NCBI GenBank assembly: GCA_964016885.1
Contig: OZ024741.1
Span: forward strand, 240,064,001-240,128,000
DNA length: 64,000 bases
Direction: 5' to 3'
DNA from: Eledone cirrhosa
Lineage: Eukaryota
Shown here: positions 37,533-51,654 of the stretch, in pieces
Layout: each line of letters begins with the position of its first letter
Position numbering within the stretch: position 1 is the first letter of the stretch
Program-made: the position numbers and the translations under genes
The notes under the pieces: generated by a model
Told to the model about the DNA's origin: nothing
The model's database searches: none
The model's input: the letters and a program-made list of their open reading frames with translations, nothing else

Positions 37533-39908
37533 TGGGGTAGGTTTTGGTAAAGTTTTTGACTGAACTGAAGCTTCATATTTATTCTGTAGCTGACCTTCTG
37601 AATAACATTCACTCTTTGATCTCTCAGAATATATATTTCTTTTTATCATCTCTTCTGTATTCCTTGACATAGCAACAGGATTGTTAGACTGATACAACAA
37701 TTGTTTCATCTCTGTTCTACCTTGGTATGCTGTAGTCTTTGTTGTAGTAGCTGTGTTATCTCTGTGTTTAATACATTTCATTATACACAGTGTTATAGAA
37801 ACAACAATAGCCACTGATACTATTACTGCTGATGATACAATGATAATAACCCATGTCATATGGACTCTACCTGAAGATTGTATAGGTACACTTTTCAACA
37901 TTGGTGATGTCTCATTACTAACAGCCAATACCAAAGTCACACTAGTTGTTGATGACTGAACGGGACTACCACTGTCTTTTACAACAAACTTTAGTTCATA
38001 ACTTCCAGCATCATTTAGATAAACTAGTCTGGAGAATGATAAAGCACCACTGTGTGAGTTCATAGTAAACAACTGTTTATTATTTCCTTGTATGATTTCA
38101 TATGTGAGGAAAGCATTGTTTCCACTGTCACCATCAGATGCTCTCAAAACTGTGATGTCACTCTTACTCTGGGGATGGTAGTGGACATTTAGGGTGTAAG
38201 GGTTAACACTAGGAAAGGTGAAATATGGAACATTGTCATTTTGATCTAAAATCTCAACAACAACATTAGCTGTGTCATTCAGAGATGGACTTCCATTATC
38301 TTTGACAAAAACTTCAAATTTATACACATCTTGTTTCTCTCTGTCTAATGACATGGTGGCTGAAATAAAGCCATAACTGGTGATCAGAAATGGTAGATTT
38401 GATTTTTCTTTATGTATCAGAGAATATGTGAGTTGTCCAGCAGATCCAAGGTCAGGGTCAGTGGCATTGACAAAACCAATAGGGAAGTCTTTATCTTTGT
38501 TTTCATAGGTCAGGAATTGGAATGTATCTTTGGTAAACTGTGGTTGTACATCATTGATATCAGTCACTTGGATAGAGAGAGTTTTAACACTTTTAAGAGG
38601 TGGTAATCCTTTATCTTGACATGAGACAGGAATGTTATAGTGTCCTTGTGTTTCTCTGTCTACTGGTTTATTTAGAACTATTTTATATTCTTTAGATCCC
38701 ATTGACTGTAGTTTGAATGTATCATGTTTGATATCACAGCTGACCTCTCCATTTTGTCCAACATCATTGTCAGTGACCATCACATAAGCAATGAAACTAC
38801 CAACTTTGATCTTCTCAGAAATGGTAGCTGTGTGATCATTGATAGCAGAAACATAATCTATATCAATAGATGGAGGGTTGTTGCGTTGATTGATAACATT
38901 TACCAGAACTGTTGCTATGGAACTGAGAGGAGGGCTCCCTCCATCTCTAGCCTCAATAAACAGCTCATAGGTTTTCTTTTTTCCTAAACTTGAATATTTA
39001 TTTAAGAAAATGTTTCCACTCGTTTCATTTAAGTGGAAATAACGTTTTGCTAGATCCGATGTCTTTGGACTGAAATGGAAAGTAATTTTACCATTTAGAC
39101 CAGAATCAGAATCTGTTACAGATAAAACAATGATAGGTTTAGATTTGTGATGTGTACTTTGTACTGATATATTATATAGAGGTTTAGAAAATACTGGTGG
39201 GTTGTCATTTAAATCTGTTATAGAGATATTTATATTTAACACACCCTGTTTTGATGGTGAACCTCCATCTTTAGCTATGACTTGTAGTAAATATCTATCT
39301 TTGATTTCTCTATCTAATGATTCTTTCAAAACTATTTTAAGAGAAGAAATACCATCTGCTCTTTTAGAAACAGACAGAGAGAATGGTTCGCCATTCTTTG
39401 ATTTTAATTTATATTGTATTAAGGAGTTTTGAAACCCAACATCTTTGTCTATGGCATTTGGTAGTGATCGTTTTGAACTGATACGATCATCTTCTCCAAA
39501 CAAGATATTTACAGTTTTCCTAGGAAACTCCGGTTCATGGTCATTGATGTCTTCTATTACTATTTTAATTTTTAATATTTTAGTAACACTTACTCCTTTA
39601 TTGACAACAACCTTCACAGTTCTAGAACATTCTTTGTTAAATGTACAAAGTTTCTCTGCATCCAGTGTCTGAGCAGTGTACAGTTTACCTGTTTTGGTGA
39701 TATTAAATAACTGTGCCACCTTTCGTTTAAATTGACTAAATGTTATCAATTGTTGGTCAGATGGTTTAACATTGTCTAAAAGTTTAGAATCAGCAGCAAT
39801 GTCTGCTACATATGTTCCTGGACTTCTCTCTTCTTCCACATGGTAGGTAAGGTCTATGGTCAGAACACAGTGGACCATTGATAATACAATAGACAATGAC
39901 AGTAACAT
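37533..39908 (-). CDS. Pcdh: Protocadherin U5, large coding exon
   Basis: Six EC repeats and TM; acceptor TTTTAG|G at 39963/39962. Confidence 0.95.
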
Positions 39909-42388
39909 ATTGTTGATGTGTTGGTACTGGTTAAAGGTATCCAGATATTCTGAGGATTGAACCTAAAATAGAAGTTTAAATTATGCAATTATCATTAAAC
40001 CATTAAAAATATATGAATTTATAGCAGAAAATCTATAGATTAAAGCAAATGTTAATAGCTTATCTTTCATTGTATGTACAGAACTGAAAAACAAATCAAC
40101 ATCTATGTACTTCCTAAAATATCTATTCAACAAAGCAGTATAACAACAGTAAATAGTCTTTTATTAACAAACCATATGTGTAACTCTAAAACTAAAGAAT
40201 GGTGTACAATTTATGCTCAGTTATTATCTCTAACAGCTCTCAATATGTAATATTATTCAAGATTCCTACACCATCATAAAAAAGTAGGAATACCACTGCC
40301 AAATATCAAAATATTCTCTTTACTCAAACACACCAATTTTGAGATGTTTCTTCATATCATGGATGACAGTATGTACAGTATAGCAATAATGTTTCTTCAA
40401 ACCACATTGCTCTATTTTCAAAGCAACAATAGATAGCACTGTGTACAGTATTGAAAAAAATGATTATTTGAATAATTTCAATCTCTTTCAAACATCGTTT
40501 ATTGAACTCCTGGATTATGGTAAATTCAGTACTGAAATAACATTTCTTCAACTCCCTTTACTCTATTTTCAAAGGAACAGTAAATGACACAATGTCCAGT
40601 ATTGAAATGATGTAATGTAAGAATATAAAAAGAACAGTTAACATGGAAAATGTTCATTCTATGACAAATTTAGTGACCCCTATCACACTATTTTACACAT
40701 ACGTGACATTGTTCATAATTTTTTTCAAAAGAAACCAATACCAACTTCCATATATTTCAATAATTCAAATAATCTTTCAATGTTATTTCAAGTCAAAGAG
40801 GCTCATAGATTTCTGAGAACAAAAGTATAACATTTTGTTCTAAAACTATTGATTATATTTGGAAAGACAAATCAATAATTAAGATATGACTGCCACCAGA
40901 CCTAAATTGATGCTATAACTTATATTGGGTCTAATTAACTTGTTACTAACACTTGGTCTAATGAAGGGATGACAAGCACAAGGTCTGATATGACTAGCAC
41001 CAGATTTAAAGAAGATATAACCAGTACCAGATCTAATTAAATTATGATAAGCACCAAATATGCTGTTGATATGGCTAGCAGCAAATTTGAGGATGATATG
41101 ACTGATAATAAGTTCATGAAGATATGACAAGCAGTATATAACTAACATCAGGTCTAGATTGAAGTAGAATCATTATAAAAATCAAAAATGGTAATATTTT
41201 CAGAAAAGACAATAAAGAATTGAATTGTAGAATTTAACATAGTTTCATTTATTTTAAAATATGTTTACAATGGCTATTCTAAATATATAAGTTGTTTATA
41301 TTATTGTTTCTGAGAAGTAACGATAAAAGAATCCCAGATTAGAAGACTGACAAAAGATTAAGTTTGTGAGAAAGGAAAACTAAAATGTAACAGCTTAAGG
41401 AAAGATACAGAGCAGAATCAAATTCTAATGACTACAGATTATTGATAATAGTTGCAGTTTAACTGGACACAGAATATTATGAAATGAATCTGATTATGAT
41501 GATTATAATGATAATGAATTGTTTTTGCTTTCATCTGTAAATCAAATATATGTATTGAATATAATCACTGAAAAATATTTAAAATATTACCAAAATCCAG
41601 AAATTCAAATTCATAACTAGATATATGAAAATATAGTGTAAAATACTATGTTAAATTTAGACTGAAGTTATAAAAATATATTAAAAAATGAAAAGAAGCA
41701 GAGAATGAAGATTTGATTAAAAATTATATTTTATTCTGTCTTATTCACAGATATGATATATAAGTAATCATATTCAATATACTTCATGTTGTTTATACTG
41801 TGATAATTCCAAACAGAACTATCATCTCATTTCCTTTGTCTCTAAAACATGCCACCATGTTTCTATTTATGCCATGGCAGTTGTGAATTCTAATATGTCT
41901 GCCGTTAGCCCTAACCAAAATCTCTGACACACCATTACTTGAACACTACTAACAATCTACACACTATAACCAGATTTAAACACATTGTAATATATACATT
42001 TACATTTTATATCAAACATCTTAACATATCTTTCATGTGTATGGACAAAATTACAACTATCATTAAACATATCTTTCATTACATCAAAACATATTTTACA
42101 TTACATTTAACTTTTTTTTAAATGATCATTATATGTAATATATAGTATTTATATACAGATAATACTGTTTATATGGAATAAAGTCTGAATATTAAACATT
42201 CTAATTAACATCATCTAATTAATTGTGATAGAAAACAATATGGACAACATTACTGAAAAATATCTCTGAATTATTGTTCAATTTCTTTGTTCACATATTA
42301 ATATTAAATATGTTAGAACAATATATTTACAGATTTACTAAGATTTAGTATATAAAATGAGATTATATAAGATTAAATAAAAACTTAC

Positions 42389-42815
42389 CACTTTAATAAT
42401 TATATCCTTGGTTATTCAGTGAGAATAGAAAGACGTATTGTTGTAGAAAGCTCCATTGTAAGTGCTGCTGTAATGGTGTGTGACAATGGCTGTATGTTGA
42501 TGGAGTAGTGTAGCACGTCAGGCAGATAGTCTGCTGCTAGGATAGGGTTGTGTGTGTTATTGAAGTTGTATGTTCGTGGCAGTACATCTTTCTAATAATA
42601 TTGTGTATGTGTTTATCCTTAATTATGATGTTTGTTTACTGTTATCAATAACTATTTACATATATTTAAATAGCTACAATATTCTATAGTTAAACATAAC
42701 ATAAATGTTTGGTTAAATAACATCAGTAATGTGAATGTTTCTCTTTGTTAGTGATTTCTGTCTATGTTTTAGTGAGAATCTGATTGGTTGAATGACCGAA
42801 ACAGAAGACCAATGA
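42389..42815 (-). promoter_or_regulatory. U5 promoter and non-coding exon 1 block
   Basis: Copy of the conserved block; donor GTG|GTAAGT. Confidence 0.75.
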
Positions 42816-43399
42816 CAATTTTCTCTTTAATATTGATTTCTAAAGGTGATACAGATGTTTCATATTTACAGGAAAAGGTAAAGAGATGCAATGATCATCA
42901 TGCATTTCCCAAAACTATTAACATCATTACTTATTTCTTTTTAATATTATTATTACTTCTATAATGTATGGAATTGTCTTCACATTAACAAAAAATCTGT
43001 TGGTATTTTTACCCCCCACCTTAAGTAGAATTACATAAATCCTTTAAAGAACATGGTAAATTATATAGAAAGTCCGAAAATAATACACCAAAGTATATGT
43101 TATAAGGATTTATAATTCATTTATTTTAAAATATATTGTAATATTTTCTAACCAACGGAAACTGAACTAATTAGACCAAATAGATCTGTGGTTCCTTATC
43201 GGAAGCACTGCTTGTATATATGAAGAACCCACCTCCTATTTCTGATAATGTATGTTGATACCTACACTTATTTTTAATTAGAGTACAGTTAATAAAGAAT
43301 GTGTATGTCGATATATATGTGTTCATGTGTGTATTGCACAGTCTATCTATATTTCATATTTACATAGAGGAAGATAGTTATGTCACTTTACTAATATCA

Positions 43400-43476
43400 T
43401 TATACATGTTTCACTGGTGTTTCTTCACTGGAATCTTTCGATGTAGATGTATCATTGTTTTTATATATATTTTGAT
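43400..43476 (-). CDS. Pcdh: Protocadherin U6, terminal exon C
   Basis: Acceptor TTACAG|AT; ends PVKHV*. Confidence 0.85.
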
Positions 43477-43925
43477 CTGTAATTTAGATACAAAATACAC
43501 TTTATATGGAGGGGATAAATCTGCTATTAAATAGGGCAATGAAATGATACAATGTTCTAAAGATTACTAGCACAACAGATTCTTCAAAACCTCACTGGGC
43601 AAATTAGAAAGTTAATTCTTATTGAATGACAAAATCATCAAAAACAGTTCTTAATAGATAATATGATGTGATATAAAGATCATATATTGCTAATGTAGTT
43701 TGTAAACTTTTGATGTAGCTGTAATGACATTTTAGAAAATTAGAGACGGGACCATTTCATTATTTAATAAGTTATATTGAAAGACAGGCAATGGTGTAAC
43801 AGTCAGATTCTCTAAGAATTGAATGAGCAAATAAATAAATTTATTGTTTTAGACTGGCAATGTTTTATATTGTTAAATATAGTTTGTAATGAATATCTAC
43901 TTGAGATGATAAAACAAAATATAAT

Positions 43926-44106
43926 TGTTTCTACTTTTGGAACAAGGCCAGCAAACACCCAGTGCATTACTGGTACTTTATTTTATAGACCCCGTAAGGA
44001 TGAAAAGGAAAGTTAACCTCAGCGGGATTTGAACTAAGAATGGCAAGGGACGTAACTCTATGCGTCAAAGCATGGTGTCCGACCCCCTACCGATACTGCC
44101 AATCCA
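43926..44106 (-). mobile_element. SINE (family A) in U6 intron 3
   Basis: Reverse complement of the 29529 element; flanking direct repeat ACAAAATATAAT. Confidence 0.88.
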
Positions 44107-44138
44107 CAAAATATAATAAAGCCAAAGTAGTTATTAAC

Positions 44139-44304
44139 CTGATATTCCTGGTAATTCTTCATAATGTTTCATATCACCTTCATTCAATACACGTCTACTA
44201 CTTCTCTTAGATGACATTGTATCTGATGTATAGTTACAAACTATAGGAGGATTATCTTCCACAGCATCATCACTTGATGTCACCACAACAGGTTGACAAT
44301 ACTT
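44139..44304 (-). CDS. Pcdh: Protocadherin U6, coding exon B
   Basis: Same splice sites and frame as U1. Confidence 0.85.
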
Positions 44305-44480
44305 CTGTTGACAAACAAACCAAGAAAAATGTGAGGAGACATCAAACAATGCTAGTTACAATAAACATGTAGTTTACAATTTAATATTGGACTATATTAT
44401 TGAAGATAAAGCATTGTTAAAATAATGTTATTGTTTATCTTTACAAAGTAAAGAGAAAATATTTTAATCTTTTCACTTAC

Positions 44481-46856
44481 TGGGGTAGGTTTTGGTAAAG
44501 TTCTTGACTGAACTGAAGCTTCATATTTATTCTGTAGCTGACCTTCTGAATAACATTCACTCTTTGATCTCTCAGAATATATATTTCTTTTTATCATCTC
44601 TTCTGTATTCCTTGACATAGCAACAGGATTGTTAGACTGATACAACAATTGTTTCATCTCTGTTCTACCTTGGTATGCTGTAGTCTTTGTTGTAGTAGTT
44701 GTGTTATCTCTGTGTTTAATACATTTCATTATACACAGTGTTATAGAAACAACAATAGCCACTGATACTATTACTGCTGATGATACAATGATAATAACCC
44801 ATGTCATATGGACTCTACCTGAAGATTGTAAAGGTACACTTTTCAACATTGGTGATGTCTCATTACTAACAGCCAATACCAAAGTCACACTAGTTGTTGA
44901 TGACTGAACTGGACTACCACTGTCTTTTACAACAAACTTTAGTTCATAACTTCCAGCATCATTTAGATAAATTTGTCTGGAGAATGATAAAGCACCACTG
45001 TGTGAGTTCATAGTAAACAACTGTTTATTATTTCCTTGTATGATTTCATATGTGAGGAAAGCATTGTTTCCACTGTCACCATCAGATGCTCTCAAAACTG
45101 TGATGTCACTCTTACTCTGGGGATGGTAGTGGACATTTAGGGTGTAAGGGTTAACACTAGGAAAGGTGAAATATGGAATATTGTCATTTTGATCTAAAAT
45201 CTCAACAACAACATTGGCTGTGTCATTTAGAGATGGACTTCCATTATCTTTGACAAAAACTTCAAATTTATACACATCTTGTTTCTCTCTGTCTAATGAC
45301 ATGGTAGCTGAAATAAAGCCATAACTGGTGATCTGAAATGGTAGATTTGATTTTTCGTTATGTATCAGAGAATATGTGAGTTGTCCAGCAGATCCAAGGT
45401 CAGGGTCAGTGGCATTGACAAAACCAATAGGGAAGTCTTTATCTTTGTTTTCATAGGTCAGGAATTGGAATGTATCTTTGGTAAACTGTGGTTGTACATC
45501 ATTGATATCAGTCACTTGGATAGAGAGAGTTTTAACACTTTTAAGAGGTGGTAATCCTTTATCTTGACATGAGACAGGAATGTTATAGTGTCCTTGTGTT
45601 TCTCTGTCTACTGGTTTGTTTAGAACTATTTTATATTCTTTAGATCCCATTGAATGTAGTTTGAATGTATCATGTTTGATATCACAGCTGACCTCTCCAT
45701 TTTGTCCAACATCATTGTCAGTGACCATCACATAAGCAATGAAACTACCAACTTTGATCTTCTCAGAAATAGTAGCTGTGTTATCATTGAATGTAGAAAC
45801 ATAATCTATATCAATAGATGGAGGGTTGTTGTGTTGGTTGATAACATTTACTAGTACTGTTGCTATAGAACTATGAGGACGGCTACCCCCATCTCTGGCT
45901 TCTATAAACAATTCATAAGTTTTCTTTTTTCCTAAACTTGAATATTTACTTAACAAAATGTTTCCACTAGTTTCATTTAATTGGAAATAACGTTTTGCCA
46001 GATCTGATGTCTTTGGGCTGAAATGGAAAGTAATTTTACCATTTTCACCAGAATCAGAATCTGTTACAGATAAAACAATGATAGGTTTAGATTTGTGATG
46101 TGTACTTTGTATGGATATATTATATAGAGGTTTAGAAAATACTGGTGGGTTATCATTTAAATCTGTTATAGAGATATTTATATTTAAAATACTCTGTTTT
46201 GATGGTGAACCTCCATCTTTAGCTGTGACTTGTAGTAAATATCTATCTTTGATTTCTCTGTCTAATGATTCTTTCAATACTATTTTAAGAGAAGAAATAC
46301 CATCTGCTCTTTTAGAGACTGACAGAGAGAATGGTTCACCATTCTTGGATTTTAATTGATATTGTATTAATGAGTTTTGAAAACCTACATCCTTGTCTAT
46401 GGCATTTGGTAGAGTTCTTTTCGAACTGATACGTGCATCTTCTCCAAACAACATATTTACAGTTTTCCTAGGAAACTCCGGTTCATGGTCATTGATGTCT
46501 TCTATTACTATTTTAATTTTCAGTATTTTAGTAACACTTACACCTTTATTGACAACAACCTTCACAGTTCTAGAACATTCTTTGTTGAAAGAACAGAGCT
46601 TCTCTGCATCCAGTGTCTGAGCAGTGTACAGTTTACCTGTTTTGGTGACATTAAATAACTGTGCCACCTTTCGTTTAAATTGACTGAATGTTATCAATTG
46701 TTGGTCAGATGGTTTAACATTGTCTAAAAGTTTAGAATCAGCAGCAATGTCTGCTACATATGTTCCTGGACTTCTCTCTTCTTCCACATGGTAGGTAAGG
46801 TCTATGGTCAGAACACAGTGGACCATTGATAATACAATAGACAATGACAGTAACAT
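44481..46856 (-). CDS. Pcdh: Protocadherin U6, large coding exon
   Basis: Six EC repeats and TM; acceptor at 46914/46913. Confidence 0.95.
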
Positions 46857-47569
46857 ATTATTGTTGATGTGTTGGTACTGGTTAAAGGTATCCAGATATT
46901 CTGAGGATTGAACCTAAAATAGAAGTTTAAATTATGCAATTATCATTAAACCATTAAAAATATATATGAATTTATTACTTTTTAGCAGAAAATTTATAGA
47001 TTAAAGCAAATGTTAATAGCTTATCTTTTATTGTATCTACAGAACTGAAAAACAAATCAACATCTATGTACTTCCTAAAATATCTATTCAAACATTGCTC
47101 TATTTTCAAAGCAACAATAGATAGCATTGTGTACAGTATTGAAAAAATGATTATTTGAATCATTTCAATCTCTTTCAAACATCGTTTATTGAACTCCTGG
47201 ATTATGGTAAATTCAGTACTGAAATAACATTTCTTCAACTCCCTTTACTCTATTTTCAAAGCAACAGTAAATGACACAATGTCCAGTATTGAAATGATGT
47301 AATGTAAGAATATAAAAAGAACAGTTAACATGGAAAATCTTCATTCTATGACAAATTTAGTGACCCCTATCACACTATTTTACACATATGTGACATTGTT
47401 TATATTTTTTTTCCAAAGAAACCAATACCAACTTCTATATATTTCAATAATTCAAATAATCTTTCAAAGTTATTTCAAGTCAAAGAGGCTCATAGATTTC
47501 TGAGATCAAAAGTATAACATTTTGTTCTAAAACTATTGATTATATTTGGAAAGACAAATAAATAATTAA

Positions 47570-47850
47570 GATATGACTGCCACCAGACCTAAATTGATGC
47601 TATAACTTATATTGGGTCTAATTAACTTGTTACTAACACTTGGTCTAATGAAGGGATGATAAGCACAAGGTCTGATAAAGATATGACTATCAACAGATCT
47701 AATGATAATATGACTAGCACAAGGTCTAATGACGTTATGACTAGCACAAGGTCTAATGATGTTATGACTAGCACAAAATCTAATGATGTTATGACTAGCA
47801 GCAGATTTAATGAAACTATGACTAGCACCGGATTTAAAGAAGATATAACC
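47570..47850. repeat. 27-bp minisatellite (ATGACTAGCACAAGGTCTAATGATGTT-like)
   Basis: Degenerate tandem array; continues after the SINE to about 48325; shorter homologous array at about 40900-41160. Confidence 0.85.
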
Positions 47851-47851
47851 A

Positions 47852-48181
47852 TGGAGGCACATGGCTTAATGGTTAGAGAATTGGCTTTGCAATCGAAAGG
47901 TTGTGAGTTCAATCATCAGACCGGGTGATGTGTTGTTTCATTGAGCACTATATTTCACATTGCTCCAGTTTACTCAGCTGTAGAAATGAGATGATAGGGA
48001 CTGGGGGTCCATATCATTCCACTGCAAAGTGGTCGTGGATGTGCCACGGCAAAAAGCACCCAGCACTCACTGTAAATGAGGTTGGTGATAGGAAGGGTAT
48101 CCAGCTGTAGAAATCAAGCCAGAATCAGTTCCCATCCCACCCTTGCAAGCAGGGAAAAGCGGACGTAAAATGATGATGATG
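47852..48181 (+). mobile_element. tRNA-derived SINE (family B) with LINE-like 3' tail
   Basis: TGGCTTAATGGTTAG A-box and GAGTTCAATC B-box; (GAT)n tail; TSD ATAACCA; empty site at about 41017. Confidence 0.88.
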
Positions 48182-49580
48182 ATAACCAGTACCAGATCTA
48201 ATTAAATTATGATAAGCACCAAATATGATGTTGATATGGCTAGCAGCCAATTTGAGGATTATATGACTGATAATAAGTTCATGAAGATATGACAAGCAGT
48301 ATATAACTAACATCAGGTCTAGATTGAAGTAGAATCATTTTAAAAATCAAAAATGCTAATATTTTCAGAAAAGACAATAAAGAATTGAATTTAACATAGT
48401 TTCATGTATTTTAAAATATGTTTACAATGGCTATTCTAAATATATGAGTTGTTTGTATTATTGTTTCTGAGAAGTAATGATAAAAGAATCCCAGATTAGA
48501 AGACTGACAAAAGATTAAGTGATGTCGGTTGGTTAATAAAAAGAATGAAAAGTTTGTGAGAAAGGAAAACTAAAATATAACAGCTTAAGGAAAGATACAG
48601 AGCAGAATCAAATTCTAATGACTACAGATTATTGATAATAGTTGCAGTTTAACTGGACACAGAGAATATTATGAAATGAATCTGATTATGATGGTTATAA
48701 TGATAATGAATTGTTTTTGCTTTCATCTGTAAATCAAATATATGTATTGAATATAATCACTGAAAAATATTTAAAATATTACCAAAATCCAGAAATTCAA
48801 ATTCATAACTAGATATATGAAAATATAGTGTAAAATACTATGTTAAATTTAGACTGAAGTTATAAAAATATATTAAAAAATGAAAAGAAGCAGAGAATGA
48901 AGATTTGATTAAAAATTATATTTTATTCTGTCTTATTCACAGATATGATATATAAGTAATCATATTCAATATACTTCATGTTGTTTATACTGTGATAATT
49001 CCAAACAGAACTATCATCTCATTTCCTTTGTCTCTAAAACATGCCACCATGTTTCTATTTATGCCATGGCAGTTGTGAATTCTAATATGTCTGCCGTTAG
49101 CCCTAACCAAAATCTCTGACACACCATTACTTGAACACTACTAACAATCTACACACTATAACCAGATTTAAACACATTGTAATATATACATTTACATTTT
49201 ATATCAAACATCTTAACATATCTTTCATGTGTATGGACAAAATTACAACTATCATTAAACATATCTTTCATTACATCAAAACATATTTTACATTACATTT
49301 AACTTTTTTTTAAATGATCATTATATGTAATATATAGTATTTATATACAGATAATACTGTTTATATGGAATAAAGTCTGAATATTAAACATTCTAATTAA
49401 CATCATCTAATTAATTGTGATATAAAACAATATGGACAACATTACTGAAAAATATGCCTGAATTATTGTTCAATTTTTTTGTTCACATATTAATATTAAA
49501 TATGTTAGAACAATATATTTACAGATTTACTAAGATTTAGTATATAAAATGAGATTATATAAGATTAAATAAAAACTTAC

Positions 49581-50008
49581 CACTTTAATAATTATATCCT
49601 TGGTTATTCAGTGAGAATAGAAAGATGTATTGTTGTAGAAAGCTCCATTGTAAGTGCTGCTGTCATGGTGTGTGACAATGGCTGTATGTTGATGGAGTAG
49701 TGTAGCACGTCAGGCAGATAGTCTGCTGCTAGGATAAGGTTGTGTGTGTTATTGAAGTTGTATGCTTGTGGCAGTACATCTTTCTAATAATATTGTGTAT
49801 GTGTTTATCCTTAATTATGATGTTTGTTTACTGTTATCAATAACTATTTACATATATTTAAATAGCTACAATATTCTATAGTTAAACATAACATAAATGT
49901 TTGGTTAAATAACATCAGTAATGTGAATGTTTCTCTTTGTTAGTGATTTCTGTCTATGTTTTAGTGAGAATCTGATTGGTTGAATGACCGAAACAGAAGA
50001 CCAATGAC
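49581..50008 (-). promoter_or_regulatory. U6 promoter and non-coding exon 1 block
   Basis: Copy of the conserved block. Confidence 0.75.
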
Positions 50009-50573
50009 AATTTTCTCTTTAATATTGATTTCTAAAGGTGATACAGATGTTTCATATTTACAGGAAAAGGTAAAGAGATGCAATGACCATGATGCATTTC
50101 CCAAAACTATTAACATCATTACTTATTTCTTTTTAATATTATTATTACTTCTATAATGTATGGAATTGTTTACTCATTAACAAAAAATCTGTTGGGATTT
50201 TTACCCCCACCTTAAGTAGAATTACATAAATCCTTTAAAGAACATGGTAAACTATATAGAAAGTCCGAAAATAATACACCAAAGTATATGTTATAAGGAT
50301 TTATAATTCATTTATTTTAAAATATATTGTAATATTTTCTAACCAACGGAAACTGAACTAATTAGACCAAATAGATCTGTGGTTCCTTATCGGAAGCACT
50401 GCTTGTATATATTTCTGATAATGTATGTTAATACCTACACTTATTTTTTAATTAGAGTACAGTTAATAAAGAATGTGTATGTCGATATATATGTGTTCAT
50501 GTGTGTATTGCACAGTCTATCTATATTTCATATTTACATAGAGGAAGATAGTTATGTCACTTTACTAATATCA

Positions 50574-50650
50574 TTATACATGTTTCACTGGTGTTTCTTC
50601 ACTGGAATCTTTCGATGTAGATGTATCATTGTTTTTATATATATTTTGAT
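50574..50650 (-). CDS. Pcdh: Protocadherin U7, terminal exon C
   Basis: Same as U6 exon C. Confidence 0.85.
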
Positions 50651-51099
50651 CTGTAATTTAGATACAAAATACACTTTATATGGAGGGGATAAATCTGCTA
50701 TTAAATAGGGCAATGAAATGATACAATGTTCTAAAGATTACTAGCACAACAGATTCTTCAAAACCTCACTGGGCAAATTAGAAAGTTAATTCTTATTGAA
50801 TGACAAAATCATCAAAAACAGTTCTTAATAGATAATATGATGTGATATAAAGATCATATATTGCTAATGTAGTTTGTAAACTTTTGATGTAGCTGTAATG
50901 ACATTTTAGAAAATTAGAGACGGGACCATTTCATTATTTAATAAGTCATATTGAAAGACAGGCAATGGTGTAACAGTCAGATTCTCTAAGAATTGAATGA
51001 GCAAATAAATAAATTTATTGTTTTAGACTGGCAGTGTTTTATATTGTTAAATATAGTTTGTAATGAATATCTACTTGAGATGATAAAACAAAATATAAT

Positions 51100-51281
51100 T
51101 GTTTCTACTTTTGGAACAAGGCCAGCAAACACCCAGTGCATTACTGGTACTTTATTTTATAGACCCCGTAAGGATGAAAAGGAAAGTTAACCTCAGCGGG
51201 ATTTGAACTAAGAATGGCAAGGGACGTAACTCTATGCGTCAAAGCATGGTGTCCGACCCCCTACCGATACTGCCAATCCAC
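51100..51281 (-). mobile_element. SINE (family A) in U7 intron 3
   Basis: Duplicate of 43926-44106. Confidence 0.88.
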
Positions 51282-51312
51282 AAAATATAATAAAGCCAAA
51301 GTAGTTATTAAC

Positions 51313-51478
51313 CTGATATTCCTGGTAATTCTTCATAATGTTTCATATCACCTTCATTCAATACACGTCTACTACTTCTCTTAGATGACATTGTATCTGA
51401 TGTATAGTTACAAACTATAGGAGGATTATCTTCCACAGCATCATCACTTGATGTCACCACAACAGGTTGACAATACTT
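51313..51478 (-). CDS. Pcdh: Protocadherin U7, coding exon B
   Basis: Same splice sites and frame as U1. Confidence 0.85.
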
Positions 51479-51654
51479 CTGTTGACAAACAAACCAAGAA
51501 AAATGTGAGGAGACATCAAACAATGCTAGTTACAATAAACATGTAGTTTACAATTTAATATTGGACTATATTATTGAAGATAAAGCATTGTTAAAATAAT
51601 GTTATTGTTTATCTTTACAAAGTAAAGAGAAAATATTTTAATCTTTTCACTTAC

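Larger units (their letters stand above)
39910..44480. repeat. Spacer duplicated nearly identically at about 46860-51654
   Basis: Long stretches of non-coding identity, differing by a few indels and one SINE. Confidence 0.9.

Noticed and set aside
47852-47925. tRNA-like sequence
   Set aside because: SINE head with TSD and tail; no complete cloverleaf
47566-47928. Repetitive ORFs in several frames (MTSTRSNDV and similar)
   Set aside because: Result of a 27-bp minisatellite open in several frames; interrupted by a SINE
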